From assembly GCA_026023565.1 (NCBI GenBank), contig JAPETS010000012.1, forward strand, positions 62,001 to 126,000: a stretch of DNA of 64,000 nucleotides. The letters are read 5' to 3'. The DNA is from Cirrosporium novae-zelandiae (lineage: Eukaryota). Position numbers and translations under genes: made by a program. The notes below the pieces were generated by a model that was not told the DNA's origin, searched no databases, and saw only the letters and a program-made list of their open reading frames with translations. Positions 61,989 to 64,000 of this stretch are shown piece by piece. Every line of letters starts with the position of its first letter. Within the stretch, counting starts at the first letter, position 1.

Positions 61989-64000
61989 ATGGCGAACCTG
62001 AATCAAAATTTACTCTACTGTCCTTTTCCTTCTGAAGAAATTAAGGATGGAGTTCCTAAATCGCAGCTGGCAGAGCTGCCATTGAGCTTGATCGCTTTGA
62101 TCATTTCCTATGTAGGGGATCCCAACTTTTCTACCAGTGGCTGTCTACCAGCAGGCAGCCGCATTTCCCATATGTCCATTTTTCCCTATTTAACTCACGA
62201 ATAAATCTATTGAATAACCAAATGCCACTGCTGACATGATTGCTATGGAATATATTTAGGTTACAGACTCCGCTGACCTTCTTCATATCGCACGAACATG
62301 TCGCCTTTTCCACTGGTTAACTATACCCCGCCTCTATCAGCATGTCACGCTACGTGCCCACCGATCAGAGAAATCCAGGGTAATTTCCCCTTTTGCCATG
62401 GGACTGAATACATTGGCGACACGAAAGTCTGGGGATTCGCTCAGAACATTTAAATTGTGCGGGGAGTGGCGGAGTGGGAGTCTATCAGGGGAATATGACA
62501 ATGGCGGGCGTGGTTGGGGAGGATGGGGATCAGGAGATGGAGATATGATGCTGGCGATTGCCGTTCGGGCAGCAATTGATCGGATGCCAGGGTTGGAGAA
62601 GTTCAGGTATGTGAGATTCTTGCGGACAGAAGCAAGTCTATCTGTAACATTGGGTGAACCGATTGGGATGCTGACACGGTGGTGGAAGCTGGGAACTTGA
62701 CACTCGCCTCCTCCCAACAGTTTATGCTGGTCTAGCTGTCCTTCCCTCCTTGAAATCTCTCTCCGTCAAATTTCCTTCTAGCCGCATCCCCCACTCTATG
62801 CTCATGATCCCGCCGTTCCCCAACCTCCGGGAACTCAAGGTCACCGATATCGACCCTCTCTGCTATCCCGATGACATTTCCACTTGTCTTTTGGGCTCTA
62901 AAAAACTGGAAGACCTGAAGCTGCATTGGAGTCCAAGGATGCGGCAGGAACGAGAAATTACCGTGCATCTGATGACATATTTTGGAAAGTGTTTGGCTGC
63001 AAATTATCAGCCACCACTAAAGAGGGTTTCGCTGCAAAATCTGTTCACTTTATTGTTGGACGACTTCCATGCACTCATGGATGAAAGGCAAATAGAAGAG
63101 CTCACCGTTTTGAATGTGACCAACGACATGTACGACCATGGGTTTATGGCTGGTTCTTGGCATCCAATGTACACTGATCTCATAGTGAATGTCAAAATGC
63201 TGCGCACCGATGACATCGGTGTCCCAATTCTCGAAGGCCTGTCAAGAATACAAGGCCTTGAGCGACTTTATCTCATCAACTCGAAACCTATAAGTCACAT
63301 GGGAGCCTACCCCTGTCCCACTGGCACCTCAAAAAGCAGTCCAATACAATCCTCTTACAATGCTCCCACGCCTCCTGGAACCGGCCCCTCCAATACCAGC
63401 ACCGGCTCCCAAACCCCGACTATGGGCTCCCTCCCTAGCCTCCATAACTCATTCCTTGATGTGATTACGCGCATCCATGGCCCCACCCTAAAACATCTTC
63501 TCCTCACTTCAAGTATCAGTCTCACTCCAACCTCCATTGCACATCTTGTTCGCTGCTGTCCAAATTTAGAGCAGCTAGCGTTAGCGGTTGCAACGGACAA
63601 CGCAAACATTTTTAGAATACTGCTACCGTTTTTGCCGAACCTGTCCGCACTACGGGTGTTGGATTGCATGAACGACGTAACGGGTGGATTCAATGACATG
63701 TTTCGTATGGGAGAGGAAGTGATAGTGCAGGTAATTGGGTATATAACTTCAGGGTCGGAGTTTAGTAATTTGAAATATTTGGGGTTTGGTGATAGGGACC
63801 TAGATACAGCGTATGTCTTGGGGGCTTCAGTTGATGAGGAAAATGCAAACACCTCAGGCGGAACTGAACTAGGCTATACCGGGAATAGAGTTGGGAGTGG
63901 ATCACCTTTCATGGATAGGTCTGATGATATTGCAAGTTATAAAAGGAAGAGAGAGGACAGTGGTGCAATTTTAATTTCTCAGCTGCAATCCCGAGAGCCT
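61989..64000 (+). CDS. F-box domain protein with LRR/RNI-like repeats (partial; runs off the window)
   Basis: LAELPLSLIALIISY-(intron)-..DLLHIARTCRLFHWLTIPRLYQHVTL is an F-box pattern; second intron ~62607-62688; LKSLSVKFP, FPNLRELKV, CPNLEQLAL repeats; no stop seen before the window end. Confidence 0.8.

Overview
Eukaryotic genomic DNA from a filamentous ascomycete (Pezizomycotina-type introns with GT/GC..CTRAY..AG signals, an intron-containing tRNA, and TpA/CTAG-rich RIP-like relics). Conserved genes: PUS4-type tRNA pseudouridine synthase, a Cwc23-like J protein, IBA57/CAF17, a Ser/Thr kinase divergent from a Tea4/Bud14-type SH3 polarity protein, a Pdr16-type CRAL-TRIO protein, SNF4 (AMPK gamma) and a partial F-box protein. 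A two-gene secondary-metabolite locus (highly reducing PKS KS-AT-DH-cMT-ER-KR-ACP with a deviant ER, divergent from an FSH1/LovG-type hydrolase) is followed by tRNA-Lys(CTT). An ~18 kb gene-poor accessory block (30-48.7 kb) holds a ~7 kb degenerate hairpin-bearing repeat array, a Copia relic and pseudogenes. The most striking unexplained signal is an ORF-free region at ~5.6-8.1 kb. Its minus strand folds back through at least ten nested long-range helices whose imperfections are largely G-U wobbles, and it has a TATA box and splice signals, pointing to an unannotated ~2 kb structured non-coding RNA. Also found by hand: small genes below or split across the ORF track, and an in-frame 663-nt exitron candidate. 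All calls are from manual reading; no searches or folding programs were run.
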